The notes: generated from the letters alone by a model not told the origin. A DNA stretch of 64,000 bases from Octopus vulgaris (GCA_951406725.2 OX597827.1:10726001-10790000), one strand, 5' to 3'; shown: positions 12,304 to 23,882, counted from the stretch's first letter. Numbers and translations are program-made.

Positions 12304-12977
12304 ACATATAATTATATATATATATATATGTATATTTATATGTATATATGAATATAGTTATGAATATAGTTGTGCATGAGTGTGTGTCATTTATTTAGAC
12401 TGGTCGAGTGCCCTGCTATTTTGAAGTTTACTCGATTTGTAGTTGATTCTTCAGATAAGATAACTCAAGTCGTTTTCACAAAGTAGTATTCGAGCTGGGG
12501 CCATTGTAGAAGCCCTATCCACGCTGCTACACACTAACATCAAACCTGGAACCATGAGATTGCGAAACAAAACTTCTTAACCACATACACCTATGCTTGT
12601 GATGCATGATTGTAGCTATAACTGAAATAATTAATCCATTTACAGCAGTATCCTGTTGACATTTTTTTTCTCTGAACAAAATTATGCTTCAGTCTGAATT
12701 CAATTTAAAATCTTAATTCTAATAAGATTAATTTTGCTTTACACTCAACACAACATTTGATTTGTGCTGCTTCTTCTTCCAGATCAAAATCTATTTTAAT
12801 GGATTCATGTGATCAGAAAGTGGGTGACAGTTGTTCTCACCAAGCCAAATGTACAAGAATCATATTCTTTTTGCTTCTAGGTATGCATGCACTTTATAAA
12901 CAAAATACACCATTTCTTAGTCCTTTAATCCATTTCAGTCTCTAGACTGCAGTCTTGCTGGAGCATCATCATGAAAG

Positions 12978-13278
12978 GTGGAGGTGCATGGCCTAGTGGT
13001 TAAGGCAGTGAACTCGTGGTCGAGGGATCATGGGTTCGAATCTCAGACCGGGTGATATGTGTGTTTATGAGCGAAACACCTAAGCTCCACACGGCTTCGG
13101 CAGAAGGTAATGGGGCGAACTTCTGCTGACTCTTTTGCCACAACTTTCTCTCACTCATTCCTCCTGCATCTTGCAGCTCACCTGCAATGGACTGGCATCC
13201 CATCCAGGGGAAGAACCTATATGCCAAGGAAACTGGAAAACCGGTCCTATGAGCCAGACATGGCAGAGAAGGAACAAA
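12978..13278 (+). mobile_element. SINE family C-type head with a V-domain-like body (tail type 2)
   Basis: Related head, then CACCTGCAATGGACTGGCATCCCATCCAGGGG. Diverged relatives at 4165-4365 (-) and 58650-58885 (+). Confidence 0.75.
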
Positions 13279-13811
13279 TCATCTTGAAAGGTTTACATCG
13301 GTGATTCTCAATCATTTTTCACCCACAGACCCTTTGACTCCTATTTTATTCAAATGGACCCTCATTACCATTTGATATTTGAAAAACCCTATTATATTTT
13401 TATAATTAATTATAATTAATTATAATCATTTATTAGGAATTGTGTAAATAATTGTTAAAATAGTTTGTGTATTGTAGAATTATAATCAATTAATTGCCAA
13501 TAAATTTTAACAAAATCCTATATGGACCCTCAATGATGATGACGATGATGATGATGAGAAGGAAGAGTGCAGATGAAGATGATGGTGATGATGACAACGA
13601 TAATTATGATGACAATGATAATGATGACAACAAGGAAAAAGATGCAGATGATAATGATGATGATAATTATTTTCTTTTTCTTTTCTGTTTCATAAGTTTA
13701 GTGGGTTTTCATTGGGTCAACTGAGTCAGTTGTCCAGTAACTTAACTTCATGGATACATGGTAACTTTGCAAGCAGGGGAGTCAAAAATATACAGGTATT
13801 GAGTGACTCAC

Positions 13812-13962
13812 CTGGAATCTCTTCATACTCTCCGGAGTCACCTTCACTCCAACCATGTCCGAAATCAGTATGAGAAGACAGAGTCTCTCTCCTAAGACTT
13901 GGAATCATAAGTGTACTATCTTCTAGTATGCTGTCTGTAGTTGCTATTCGCTGGATACACAT
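13812..13962 (-). CDS. Protocadherin cytoplasmic exon (MCIQRIATTDSILEDSTLMIPSLRRETLSSHTDFGHGWSEGDSGEYEEIP)
   Basis: Acceptor ttttccttacttccag|, phase 0, matching the upstream donor. Donor CCAG|GTGAGT, phase 1. 151 nt open. The Ser/Asp/Gly motif GHGWSEGDSG..YE resembles cephalopod protocadherin tails as I recall them. Confidence 0.8.
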
Positions 13963-14109
13963 CTGGAAGTAAGGAAAAGAGTAAATTGGTGTAGAATGAC
14001 ATGCATGTGAGTGATGGGTCGAGGGAGTATAAGATAGAAAAGGGCAAAGTATGTACATAGGAGTGAAAAGAAAGCCATGTATGTGTGTGTGTGTGTGTAT
14101 ATGTGTGTG

Positions 14110-14153
<44 letters not shown>

Positions 14154-14157
<4 letters not shown>

Positions 14158-14340
14158 ATCCAAACAAGAAAACACAGAAAAAAAAGAGAAAAAAACACAG
14201 CAACGCAGGACGTGGAACAATTAAAGTATTATTGACGCTCAGGAAAGAAGGGAAGGAGGGTTTAACGTTTCGAGCGGAGCTCTTCGTCAGAAACAAGGAG
14301 AAGGAAAGATCCCAAGAAGGGAAGACAGAGGAAAAAATAT
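14154..14340 (-). mobile_element. Penelope-like terminal-repeat fragment abutting (TA)n
   Basis: Contains a minimal hammerhead motif; homologous to 29968-30190. Confidence 0.65.
14260..14294 (-). ncRNA. Minimal type I hammerhead ribozyme motif
   Basis: GUUU-CUGACGA-A-GAGC(UCC)GCUC-GAAAC-GU-U-AAAC: stem I GUUU/AAAC, stem II 4 bp, palindromic ACGU stem III. Confidence 0.7.
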
Positions 14341-14888
14341 TTTTGCTGGTGGTGCTCAAGAGAAGACCTTGACCTTAAACTTCAATCCCCAAATATATAT
14401 GCTATGCTATCATCATTAAAGCAATATTGAAAAGAATTCGATTAAAAGGACTCATGTTATTAGAAGGAAAATAAGGGCTCTCATTTTGGTATACTTGATT
14501 ATGTAAGTTAGATGCATCATAAGAAATTCAGTGATTGAGAAGTGTGGAGCTATGTGCTCCCTTGAAAATATTTGTTGGGTGTCACTTATCATGTATCCCA
14601 AAAGAATTGCAAGATATAAAACAAAAATGCCTTTTGTTCCTCAACTTCTATTTATCTTCTTTTTGTTTTCTTTATCTGATTCCCAGACAAGGCTTGAAGC
14701 CACTGTAGCATAAGAAACTACAAAGAAGGAAAAGATGATGGGGGCCTACATAATGATGTCAATTATCAAAAAACCCAAAGGACTGAATATTGTTGGCTAG
14801 AAGAAAAGCAATACTATCGTAATGGGTTCCAAAGAGAAGAACTTTGGGGAAATAAGCCATTAGAATGAAAGTAATTATAACTTTTTTT

Positions 14889-15274
14889 GGAAGCACTCCG
14901 TCGGTTACGACGACGAGGGTTCCGGTTGATCCAAATCAACGGAACAGCCTGCTCGTGAAATTAATGTGTAAGTGGCTGAGCACTCCACAGACACGTGCAC
15001 CCTTAACGTAGTTCTCGGGGATATTCAGCGTGACACAGAGAGTGACAAGGCCGGCCCTTTGAAATACAGGTACAACAGAAACAGGAAGTAAGAGTGAGAG
15101 AAAGTTGTGGTGAAATAGTACAGCAGGGATCACCACCATCCCCTGCCGGAGCCTCGTGGAGCTTTTTAAGTGTTTTCGCTCAATAAACACTCACAACGCC
15201 CGGTCTGGGAATCGAAACCGCGATCCTATGACCGCGAGTCCGCTGCCCTAACCACTGGGCCATTGCGCCTCCAC
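14889..15274 (-). mobile_element. tRNA-derived SINE family C, tail type 1 (...CGTAACCGACGGAGTGCTTCCA)
   Basis: Head GGAGGCGCAATGGCCCAGTGGTTAGGGCAGCGGAC...GGTTTCGATTCCC; TAATTAT(A/G)ACT on both flanks. Confidence 0.9.
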
Positions 15275-15606
15275 TAATTATGACTAACAGGAAGATCAAC
15301 AGAGAAACGATACACCTAGAAAGAGAAGTAAGTTTAAAGGTTTCGATGGTAAGTTATAGACCAGAAAATACATCAGAGCAGAGACAAGGACTACAACCAA
15401 GGATAAAAAAGAGGACCCACCAAGTGAACAACTCGATTCTGAATTCAATCAAGCAAGTTAAGAAAACTCAGAGGAGGCCCAAAGATGCAACAATCTTCAA
15501 TACAAGGTGGAATTAAGTAACATTATCTCAGTCTTCAAAAAAAAAAAGTCATTGCATCAAACCACAAAGATACCAGTTGGAAATTTCTTTAGAAATCTCA
15601 AACAGG

Positions 15607-16019
15607 AGGCGTAGGAGTGGCTGTGTGGTAAGTAGCTTGTTTACCAACCACATGGTTCCGGGTTCAGTCCCACTGCGTGGCACCTTGGGCAAGTGTCTTC
15701 TACTATAGCCTCGGGCCGACCAAAGCCTTGTGAGTGGATTTGGTAGACGGAAACTGAAAGAAGCCCGTCGTATATATGTATATATATGTATATATATATG
15801 TATGCGTGTGTGTGTTTGTGTGTCTGTGTTTGTCCCCCTAGCATTGCTTGACAACCGATGCTGGTGTGTTTATGTCCCCGTTACTTAGCGGTTCGGCAAA
15901 AGAGACCGATAGAATAAGTACTGGGCTTACAAAAGAATAAGTCCCGGGTTCGAGTTGCTCGATTAAAGGCGGTGCTCCAGCATGGCCGCAGTCAAATGAC
16001 TGAAACAAGTAAAAGAGTA
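15607..16019 (+). mobile_element. SINE family A, full length
   Basis: Matches the consensus. Confidence 0.9.
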
Positions 16020-16118
16020 TACTTTTAGCCAACAATTCCCAATCACTGGTTTCTATTTCTAAAATAAATCATTATCAGAGAAGAGCTGTCTTTCTAACAT
16101 TCAATAAGATGTTTATCT

Positions 16119-16351
16119 TATTTCTTTACTACCCACAAGGGGCTAAACATAGAGGGGACAAACAAGGACAGACAAAGGGATTAAGTCGATCACATCGATC
16201 CCAGTGCGTAACTGGTACTTAATTTATCGACCCCAAAAGACTGAAAGGCAAAGTCGACCTCGGCGGAATTTGAACTCAGAGCGTAACGGCAGACGAAATA
16301 TGGCTATGCATTTCACCCAGCGTGCTAACGTTTCTGCCAGCTCTCCGCCTT
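16119..16351 (-). mobile_element. SINE family B
   Basis: Reverse-complement match to 2914-3139. Confidence 0.85.
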
Positions 16352-17176
16352 GAGGCTATTTGTTTATCTTGAGGCTATATTGGTGTTCCAGAGTATACCT
16401 ATCCATTTTGAGGCCACAACAGTGTTTTGCATGTAGACTTCTATTTATGCATGGTGATGGTATAGTCCAGCTAGTAGCCACTGTAGCTGTAGGTATAGAA
16501 GATTTTGCCCTTTACATCTTGACTTTTATTTCCACTCGCTTAGGTGTATTCATGACGGTTCTACTGACTGACTTTACACAATTTAGTTTTTTTTTCTTTC
16601 CCCTGTGTGACTTAGTACAGAATTAAAGATTGCTTTTGAAATATACTGACTAATGACATGTTTGAATCTAGACTTGACTAGAATTCATTGGCCATTACTG
16701 CATTTGGGATGTGTTTCTTGGGTGTCATCATTTTACAATAAACCAAAGAATTTGTTTTTGGTTAAAAAAGAACACAATCTACATTCGTCTGAAATGCACT
16801 TTCTTTCAAACGTATACCTTTATCTGTGTTACTTTCACTTCTACACCCATAAATTCTGAAACTGCTGGAAGTCGTCTTTCCTTGAGCTTATAGCTATGCC
16901 TTTTTATTGATTCTGTAACAAACTTTCACTCTATGAAATAAGTACTGCTTCTTTAAGATGTTTCAACAAGTATTTTTTTTATGTTCCTTTTTGGCCCACT
17001 TGCTCCACCTCTCTTCACTCTTCCTCTTCTTTGTATTTAACACTCGAAAGCACTTTGTTATTAAGTATGTTTCCCCCTACTACTTTCTGTATTCACTCCA
17101 TTTACATATCATAGTATTTTCTGATATTACGAGATAGGATCGCTAAGTCTTTGATTCAGTTATATAGTTACATACA

Positions 17177-17592
17177 GCGAGCTGGCAGAAACGTTAGCAC
17201 ACCGGTCGAAATGCGTAGCCGTATTTCGTCTGCCGTTATGTTCTAAGTTCAAATTCCGTCGAGGTCGACTTTGCCTTTCATCCTTTCGGGGTCGATTAAA
17301 TTAAGTACCAGTTACGCACTGGGTCGATGTAAAACGACTTAATCCGTTTGTCTGTCCTTGTTTGTCCCCTCTGTGTTTAGCCCCTTGTGGATAGTAAAGA
17401 AATAGGTATTTCCGTCTGCCATTATGTTCTGAGTTCAAATTCCGCCGAGGTCGACTTTGCCTGTCATCCTTTCGGGGTCGATAAATTAAGTACCAGTTAC
17501 GCACTGGGATCGATGTAAAACGACTTAATCCGTTTGTCTGTCCTTGTTTGTCCCCTCTGTGTTTAGCCCCTTGTGGGTAGTAAAGAAATAGG
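17177..17592 (+). mobile_element. SINE family B dimer with a 17-bp TSD
   Basis: TATAGTTACATACAGCG at 17163-17179 and 17593-17609; second headless unit starts at about 17405. Confidence 0.9.
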
Positions 17593-17737
17593 TATAGTTA
17601 CATACAGCGTTTCACCGCTCTGGTTAGCATACTGTTTCCATCCATGCTATTTACAAGTTCTGCAGTAAATGTATTGGTGTTAGAAAGGTAAGATCTTGGA
17701 TATATTTCATTTTAATATCGTCTTACTGGATCATTCT

Positions 17738-18137
17738 TTAACCCTTTAGTATTTAAATCGGCCATATCTGGCCTAAATATTCTACATGTCTTATATTCAA
17801 ATAAACAATCATTGAAACCCCAAAGCTGTAAGATAATGCATGATTAATTAAAAACAATTTGAGTGAAAAATTATTACATTTAACAGAGTAATCTGAACAC
17901 TAAAGGCAGTGAGCTGGCAGAAACGTCAGCATGCTGGGCGAAATGCTTAGCGATATTTTGTCTGTTTTTACGTTCTGAGTTCAAATTCCGCCGAGGTCGA
18001 CTTTGCCTTTCATCATTTCGGGGTCGATAAATTAAGCACCAGTTGCGTACTGGGGTCAATCTAATCGACTGGCCCCTTACCCAACATTTCGGGCATTGTG
18101 TCTAGAGAAGAAAAGAATCTGAACACTAAAGGATTAA
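17738..18137. mobile_element. TTAA-flanked (piggyBac-like) MITE with a nested family B variant SINE at 17905-18115
   Basis: TTAACCCTTTAGT...ACTAAAGGATTAA termini; the nested SINE is flanked by AATCTGAACACTAAAGG (17890-17906 and 18116-18132). Confidence 0.75.
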
Positions 18138-18258
18138 CAAATCCCAGCCCTAAACTGATACTGTTTCTCTCTTTCGAAAATTATGTTGTATTCCATATTA
18201 TACATTTGAATAAAAACCACCACCATGAACGACAACAACAATGACAGCAGCAACATCA

Positions 18259-18630
18259 GTGGAGGCACAATGGCCCAGTGGTTAGGGCAGCGGACTCGCG
18301 GTCAGAGGATCGCGGTTTCGATTCCCAGACTGGGCGTTGTGTGTGTTTATTGAGCAAAAACACCTAAAAGCTCCACGAGGCTCCGGCAGGGGGTGGTGGC
18401 GACCCCTGTTGTACCCTTTCGTTACAACTTTCTCTCACTCTTTCTTCCTGTTTCTTATCCCCGACTTCCTACGCAACCGCTGAGCCTGGATGCACATTCA
18501 TTCATCCCTTGATGCTCTTGATGTCGGGGGTTGACCTGCTTTCTCTTATGAATAGCAAAGGACCACGTTTCAGACTTGTCCCACTCTGGGACGAAGACCG
18601 CTTCGCTCAACAAACAAACAAACAAACAAG
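18259..18630 (+). mobile_element. SINE family C head with tail type 3 ending in (CAAA)n
   Basis: First ~190 bp match family C; the remainder is unrelated to tails 1 and 2. Confidence 0.8.
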
Positions 18631-18876
18631 CAGCAACATCATTTTTATGTCCACGTTCTAAGTTGGCACGAGTTTAGATGGGCCATCATGGTTTGTGTTA
18701 GTTCTTATAGGGCAGGGGCCACTTCCCTTGCAGATGAGTTCGGAGATCATTCCTTGCTTATTTGTTTCAATTTTAGCTTGGCATCAACTGCTACATTCCA
18801 TTCCTATCACCAGTTGGGCAAAATGCTCAACAGCATTTCTTGTGGATTTACATTCTGAGTTCAAATGCCACTGTGA

Positions 18877-19299
18877 TCTCTCTATATATAAACGGCAGTT
18901 TGTGTGTCTGTGTGGCTGTCAGGTTGTACCCTCACCCTGACCACGGCTTTCAACCGATTCTGATGAAACTTGACACACACATAGCCCAATGTCATAAGTC
19001 AAAACTAACGCAGCGAAAATTTTGAAAAGTTCTCCCAGTTCTGAAAAAAAATCGATAAATTCGACATGGGGTCGAGAAGCTAAGCTTTTTATATGCAACA
19101 CATTTTCTGTTGTAGTTTTCACAACTTGCAATCGGGAGACAGCTAGGAACATCGTATACATAGAAGTATTCGAGTGAAGAGAAGACATTGCAACCTACAC
19201 ATGCGCCTTCATTCCCTAGAGGGAAAGAACTAGATTGGGATTAGTCGTTGCCTACTAGGGGCTCTTACATACCCGGGCGACGCCGGGCTATGCTGCTAG
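18877..19299 (+). mobile_element. Non-autonomous Helitron
   Basis: A|TC 5' end (TCTCTCTATATATAAA); GC hairpin CCCGGGCGACGCCGGG at 19272-19287; CTAG|T 3' end; no TSD; interrupts an old family B SINE. Confidence 0.85.
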
Positions 19300-20819
19300 T
19301 TGACTTTACATTTCATCCCTTTGGAGTCAATAAAATAAGTACCAATAGCTGGGCTTTGCTAAAACTTAGAAATAATTATAGCAGGGTCGGAAATCCTTCC
19401 TCTTGTTGACTTGTATCTGGGTTAGAAATTCAAATTATTAAAAAGTTATTGCCACGGCAACAAATGCAGCATTTATGGATTCCTTGTACTAATTAATGGT
19501 ATTTACATTTGCTAATTGAGTAAATTTATTTAAGCTCTTCAATTAACTGTTGCTAGATTTTGTAACATTAAACACAACCAAATCTTTCTTTAGTTAAATT
19601 TATTTACAATGAGGAAATGGTATCAAGCATCTAAATTAACCGTCTTTGACTATCAGAAGGAGCCAAATTTGTTTTAGTAAATAAATATTCATAATGACTT
19701 TATTACATATTGAATAGTTTTATGACAGATAACTTTTACATTGACTCAAAGCTACACGTTTATATGAAAATGGTAAAGTTGATAGAATGGGTTTTAGTAA
19801 ATTTTTCTAATTTAGGCGCATGACCAGCAATTAATAAGCAAAGGGTGCTAGTCAATTACAGTGACCCTAGTACATGACTGGTACATCATTTTATCCAGTG
19901 CAGATGAATCAAAGGCAAAGCTTATATCACAACAGAAACTGAATTTTAAATGGTAATAGTCAGAAAGAAATACTGCAAAGCATTTTATATGTTGCCCTAA
20001 CAACTTTGCCGATCTGTCACCCTATTGATTTCAGTAAATGACTGGAAGTTATTTTATCGACCTGGGTTGGCAGAAAGAAAAGATGAGTCAAAAATGATGT
20101 GAATGCATTTGAAATACCATGCTTTTTTTTTTATATATAGCATTAAGTGAATCAGCGACAAACACCGCCTTAAATAAGATCCATGGATATCACAAGTAAC
20201 ATTTCCTGAAGAACTGACACTTACTTCCCCCATTGCATAGTGAATAGAGAAACAGATTTAAGTGCCTGGCACAGAGACAAAATAACATTCATGGAAGCAG
20301 AGTAGAACTCATAAAAACCTATGAACTACAAAGTCAATATGTAATCCACTTAGATACTAGTTTAATATTTCTACTGACATTTTATACCTGTCATTAAATA
20401 TGATTTCTTACATAAGCATAAGGCCCAAGGTATAGCATAACCACTTTGATAAATTCCTCTGCTTGCTAGCTACTTTATTTTATTGACCCAGGAAGGATGA
20501 GAAGTGAAGTTGGCCTTGAATATAACAATAATTATACTTTCTATTATTATTTCCTTTATATAGTTGATCTAATTAACCCTTTTTTTTTCATCGACTGTGA
20601 AATCTTTCTCTTAGAAACTTGGAACTATAATTTGTTTCAGTTTCTTCTAAAATGGATATTGAAATTTCTACAAACATTTCTAAATATCAAAAATTTCCTG
20701 GTATAGTTTATATCAGATAACTTTATATTTTCATTGTTTTTTGCTTGTAAAATATGGTTCAACTTTCTTTACAAGATATGGCTACATGCCATGTGATTAC
20801 AGGAAATAGAACCACACAA

Positions 20820-20990
20820 AAATATAATGTGATATAACATAATATAACATAATATAATATATTATGATATAATATAATATAATATAATATAATATAATAT
20901 AATATAATATAATATGATATAATATAATATAATATGATATAATATAGTATAATATAGTATAATATATTATATTATATATAGTATAGATGA
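20820..20990. repeat. (ATAAT)n microsatellite
   Basis: Seen directly. Confidence 0.9.
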
Positions 20991-21494
20991 TATATAGAAC
21001 AACAGATAGTTGTATAAAAGCCAAATTAATTCTTAAGTTTATATGTGTTAGAAAAAGAAGAATTTCAGGACTGATTCTTCATTTGAGTTGACTCGTTATT
21101 TTTAATGTCCTTAAGCATCTAAAAAGATGGTTCTGTATGCAAGCACAGGTACAGACTAATACTGTACCTGTTATTCAGATGATTTGTACCATGTACCGTA
21201 TTCATTAATTGTTTTAGGTACTTAGGTGGTTGTTAGTAAACACAGTCATCCTCAAGGCTCTACCCTCTTGACCCAGTAAAACATCCAAGATATGACAATT
21301 AGGGGGGAAAAAAGAAAAACATACCAGTACTCAGCTGGTACTCTTTTCAAATCAGTAACTCAAAATGAAGAACCTTGCTCAAGAACACAATGTTCTACTC
21401 GGTCCAAGGAGCGAACCCATGACATTATGATCATGAGCTCAACTTGCTGACTACTAAATTAAAACAATTTTATAACAAAGGATGATATCCTTAC

Positions 21495-23882
21495 CTGAGT
21501 AGTTGCTGGTAATGTTCTGGATGAAGAGGAATCCCAGTCGTTTTGTGATTCAACATCTGGATAAAGTTGACTGCGGGATCTAAACATCTGGCTACTTCTT
21601 ATGTCATCTGGACTTCTTAATGTCACAATAGAATTACTTGTCTCTGATATTAAGTTCCTCTTTTCTCTACAAAACTTATTCATATGATTTAATTTTGCCC
21701 CATGAGAGGTATTTTTCAAATTGTTGTATCTGACAACACAAGCTGTTATGAAAATAACAAGAGCCACTGATAATATTACTGCTACAACAACAATAACAAT
21801 GGCTAAATTAAGATTTATCATTCCATCTGTTTGTTTGTATGTTGCAGTGAGCATTTCTGATGTGTTATTGCTTAATATGACTTTCAAAGACAGTGTAGTT
21901 GTTGCTGATAGTGTGGGAGTACCATTATCTTTGACAGCTACTTTTAGCCTGTATGTCCCAGCATCAGTTTGGTAAATTGGACGAGAGAATGACAAGTGAC
22001 CAGTGTAAGGATTCACTTTGAACATCAGCTTGTCATCTCCTCCCACTATTTCATACCTGAGAAAAGCATTCATTCGACTGTCTCTGTCAGAAGCTTTCAG
22101 AACAGTAATATTATTCTTTGACTGAGGATGATAAAAAATATCAAGACTGAAAGGATTAATGTTAGGGAAAACAAAATATGGAGCATTGTCATTCTCGTCC
22201 ATAACTTCAACAATTACATTTGCTGTGTTGTTTAAAGAAGGAATTCCGTTGTCTTTTACTAAAACTTTAAATTTATAAATTTCTTTTTGTTCACAATCTA
22301 ATGTTCTTGTAGTTGATATAAAACCATTTTTTGTAATTTTAAAAGGAAGGTAATTTTTATTGCTTTCTAATAAGGAATAAGTTAACTCTCCTCCAACTCC
22401 AGTGTCTTGATCAGTGGCATTGATAAAGCCAATTGGAAAATTTGGTTTCTGATTTTCGTAGGTCAAAAATTTGAAAGTTTGTTTTGAGAACTGTGGCCTT
22501 AAGTCATTGACGTCTAATACTTGAATTGAAAACTTGCTCTCTGTTTTTAAGGGTGGGGTTCCTTTGTCTTGACAAGATATTGTGATATCATAATTATCCT
22601 CTTTCTCCCTATCAACAGCTTGTTTTACAATTACTTTATATTCTTTGGACCCTAAACTTAAAAGCTGAAAGGTTTTATGCTTTAGATCACAAGTGACTTC
22701 ACCATTCTCTCCAATATCATTATCAGTGACCATTACATAAGCAATGAAACTGCCAATTTTGATATCTTCAGAAATAGCCACTCTGTTTTCAGTTAATGCG
22801 CTAACAAAGTTCACATCTATATTTGGTGCATTATTTTGCTGGTTCACCACATTAACAACAACCATTGCAATTGAACTCAAAGGAGGTCGTCCTCCATCAG
22901 TAGCTCGAACGAATAGCTTATGAACCAATGTTTGACCCAATGCAAATATCTTTTGTAGGAAAATATCCCCGGTTTGTTTATTGAGTTTAAAGTGATCTTT
23001 AGCAATATCTGATGTTTTCAGTGTAAAGTGATAAGTGATATTTGCATTTTCTCCAATGTCCATATCTTTTGCTGAGAGAACAACAATAGGGGCTTCTTGA
23101 TGTAGTTCGTTTTTTATTGAAACATTGTAGATATTCTGTGAGAAAATAGGAACATTATCATTGACATCAGTAACTGAAATCTTTACACCTAGAATACTTT
23201 GTTTTGTAGGATATCCTCCATCTTTTGCAATTACTTGAAGTGAATAAATATCTTTTACTTCTCGATTTAGTCGTTCTCCTAAATTGATGGACAATTCCGA
23301 GGTGCCATCCAGGTTCTTAGAAACTGTTAATGTAAATGGCTCATCTTTCTTTTTCTTTAACTGATATGTAATCTGTGAATTCAAAAGCCCTACATCTTTA
23401 TCTACAGCATTAGGTAATGATCTTCTGGCTCCTTTGCTATCATCTTCAGAAAATTCTATTGTTATTTGCTTCTTTTGAAATTGAGGTTTATGGTCATTAA
23501 TATCTTCTAATATTACCTTGATTTTAAGTATTTTCATAAATGTTTCAGCTCTTTTAACAGCAACTTTCACTATCCTGAAACATTCTGTGTTGTACATACA
23601 AAGAGACTCAGCATCCAGCTTTCTAGCTGTAAATAATTTTCCTGTCTTTGAAACATTGAACAGCCCTGAACTTTTGGTGGTGCTACGCAGAAGTTGACTA
23701 AATGTAATCAAATGGTGATCCTCCAGATGTACATTGTGTAGCAAATGTGAATCCGATGCAATATCTCCTAAAAAGCTTCCTTCACTCTTTTCCTCCTCCA
23801 CATGGTAGGTGAGGTCGACGCAGGTGGAGATCGGAACCAGAGACAACAATGTCCACAGAGTTACCAGTGTATTATGACTCAT
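21495..23882 (-). CDS. Protocadherin, main coding exon (signal peptide, EC1-EC6, TM, proximal cytoplasmic tail)
   Basis: Lies within the 839-aa ORF. Cadherin linker motifs DINDHKP, DVNDNVP, QQNNAP, DVNDLRP and DENDNAP, plus AxDxD/AxDxG motifs. Cys-containing EC1 (LDAESLC..C), TM LAIVIVVVAVILSVALVIFITACVV. Met at 23882 starts a signal peptide (MSHNTLVTLWTLLSLVPISTC). Phase-0 donor CAG|GTAAGG after 21495. Confidence 0.95.

Noticed and set aside
15200-15274. tRNA genes at SINE heads (also 1227-1290, 12978-13050, 18259-18330)
   Set aside because: A/B boxes are present but the cloverleaves are incomplete and run straight into SINE bodies.
21459-21494. ORF C-terminus VRISSFVIKLF*
   Set aside because: Read-through past a strong CAG|GTAAGG donor, so probably intronic; a retained-intron isoform is not excluded.
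21721-21975. 84-aa plus-strand ORF
   Set aside because: Antisense shadow of the protocadherin exon with no independent support.
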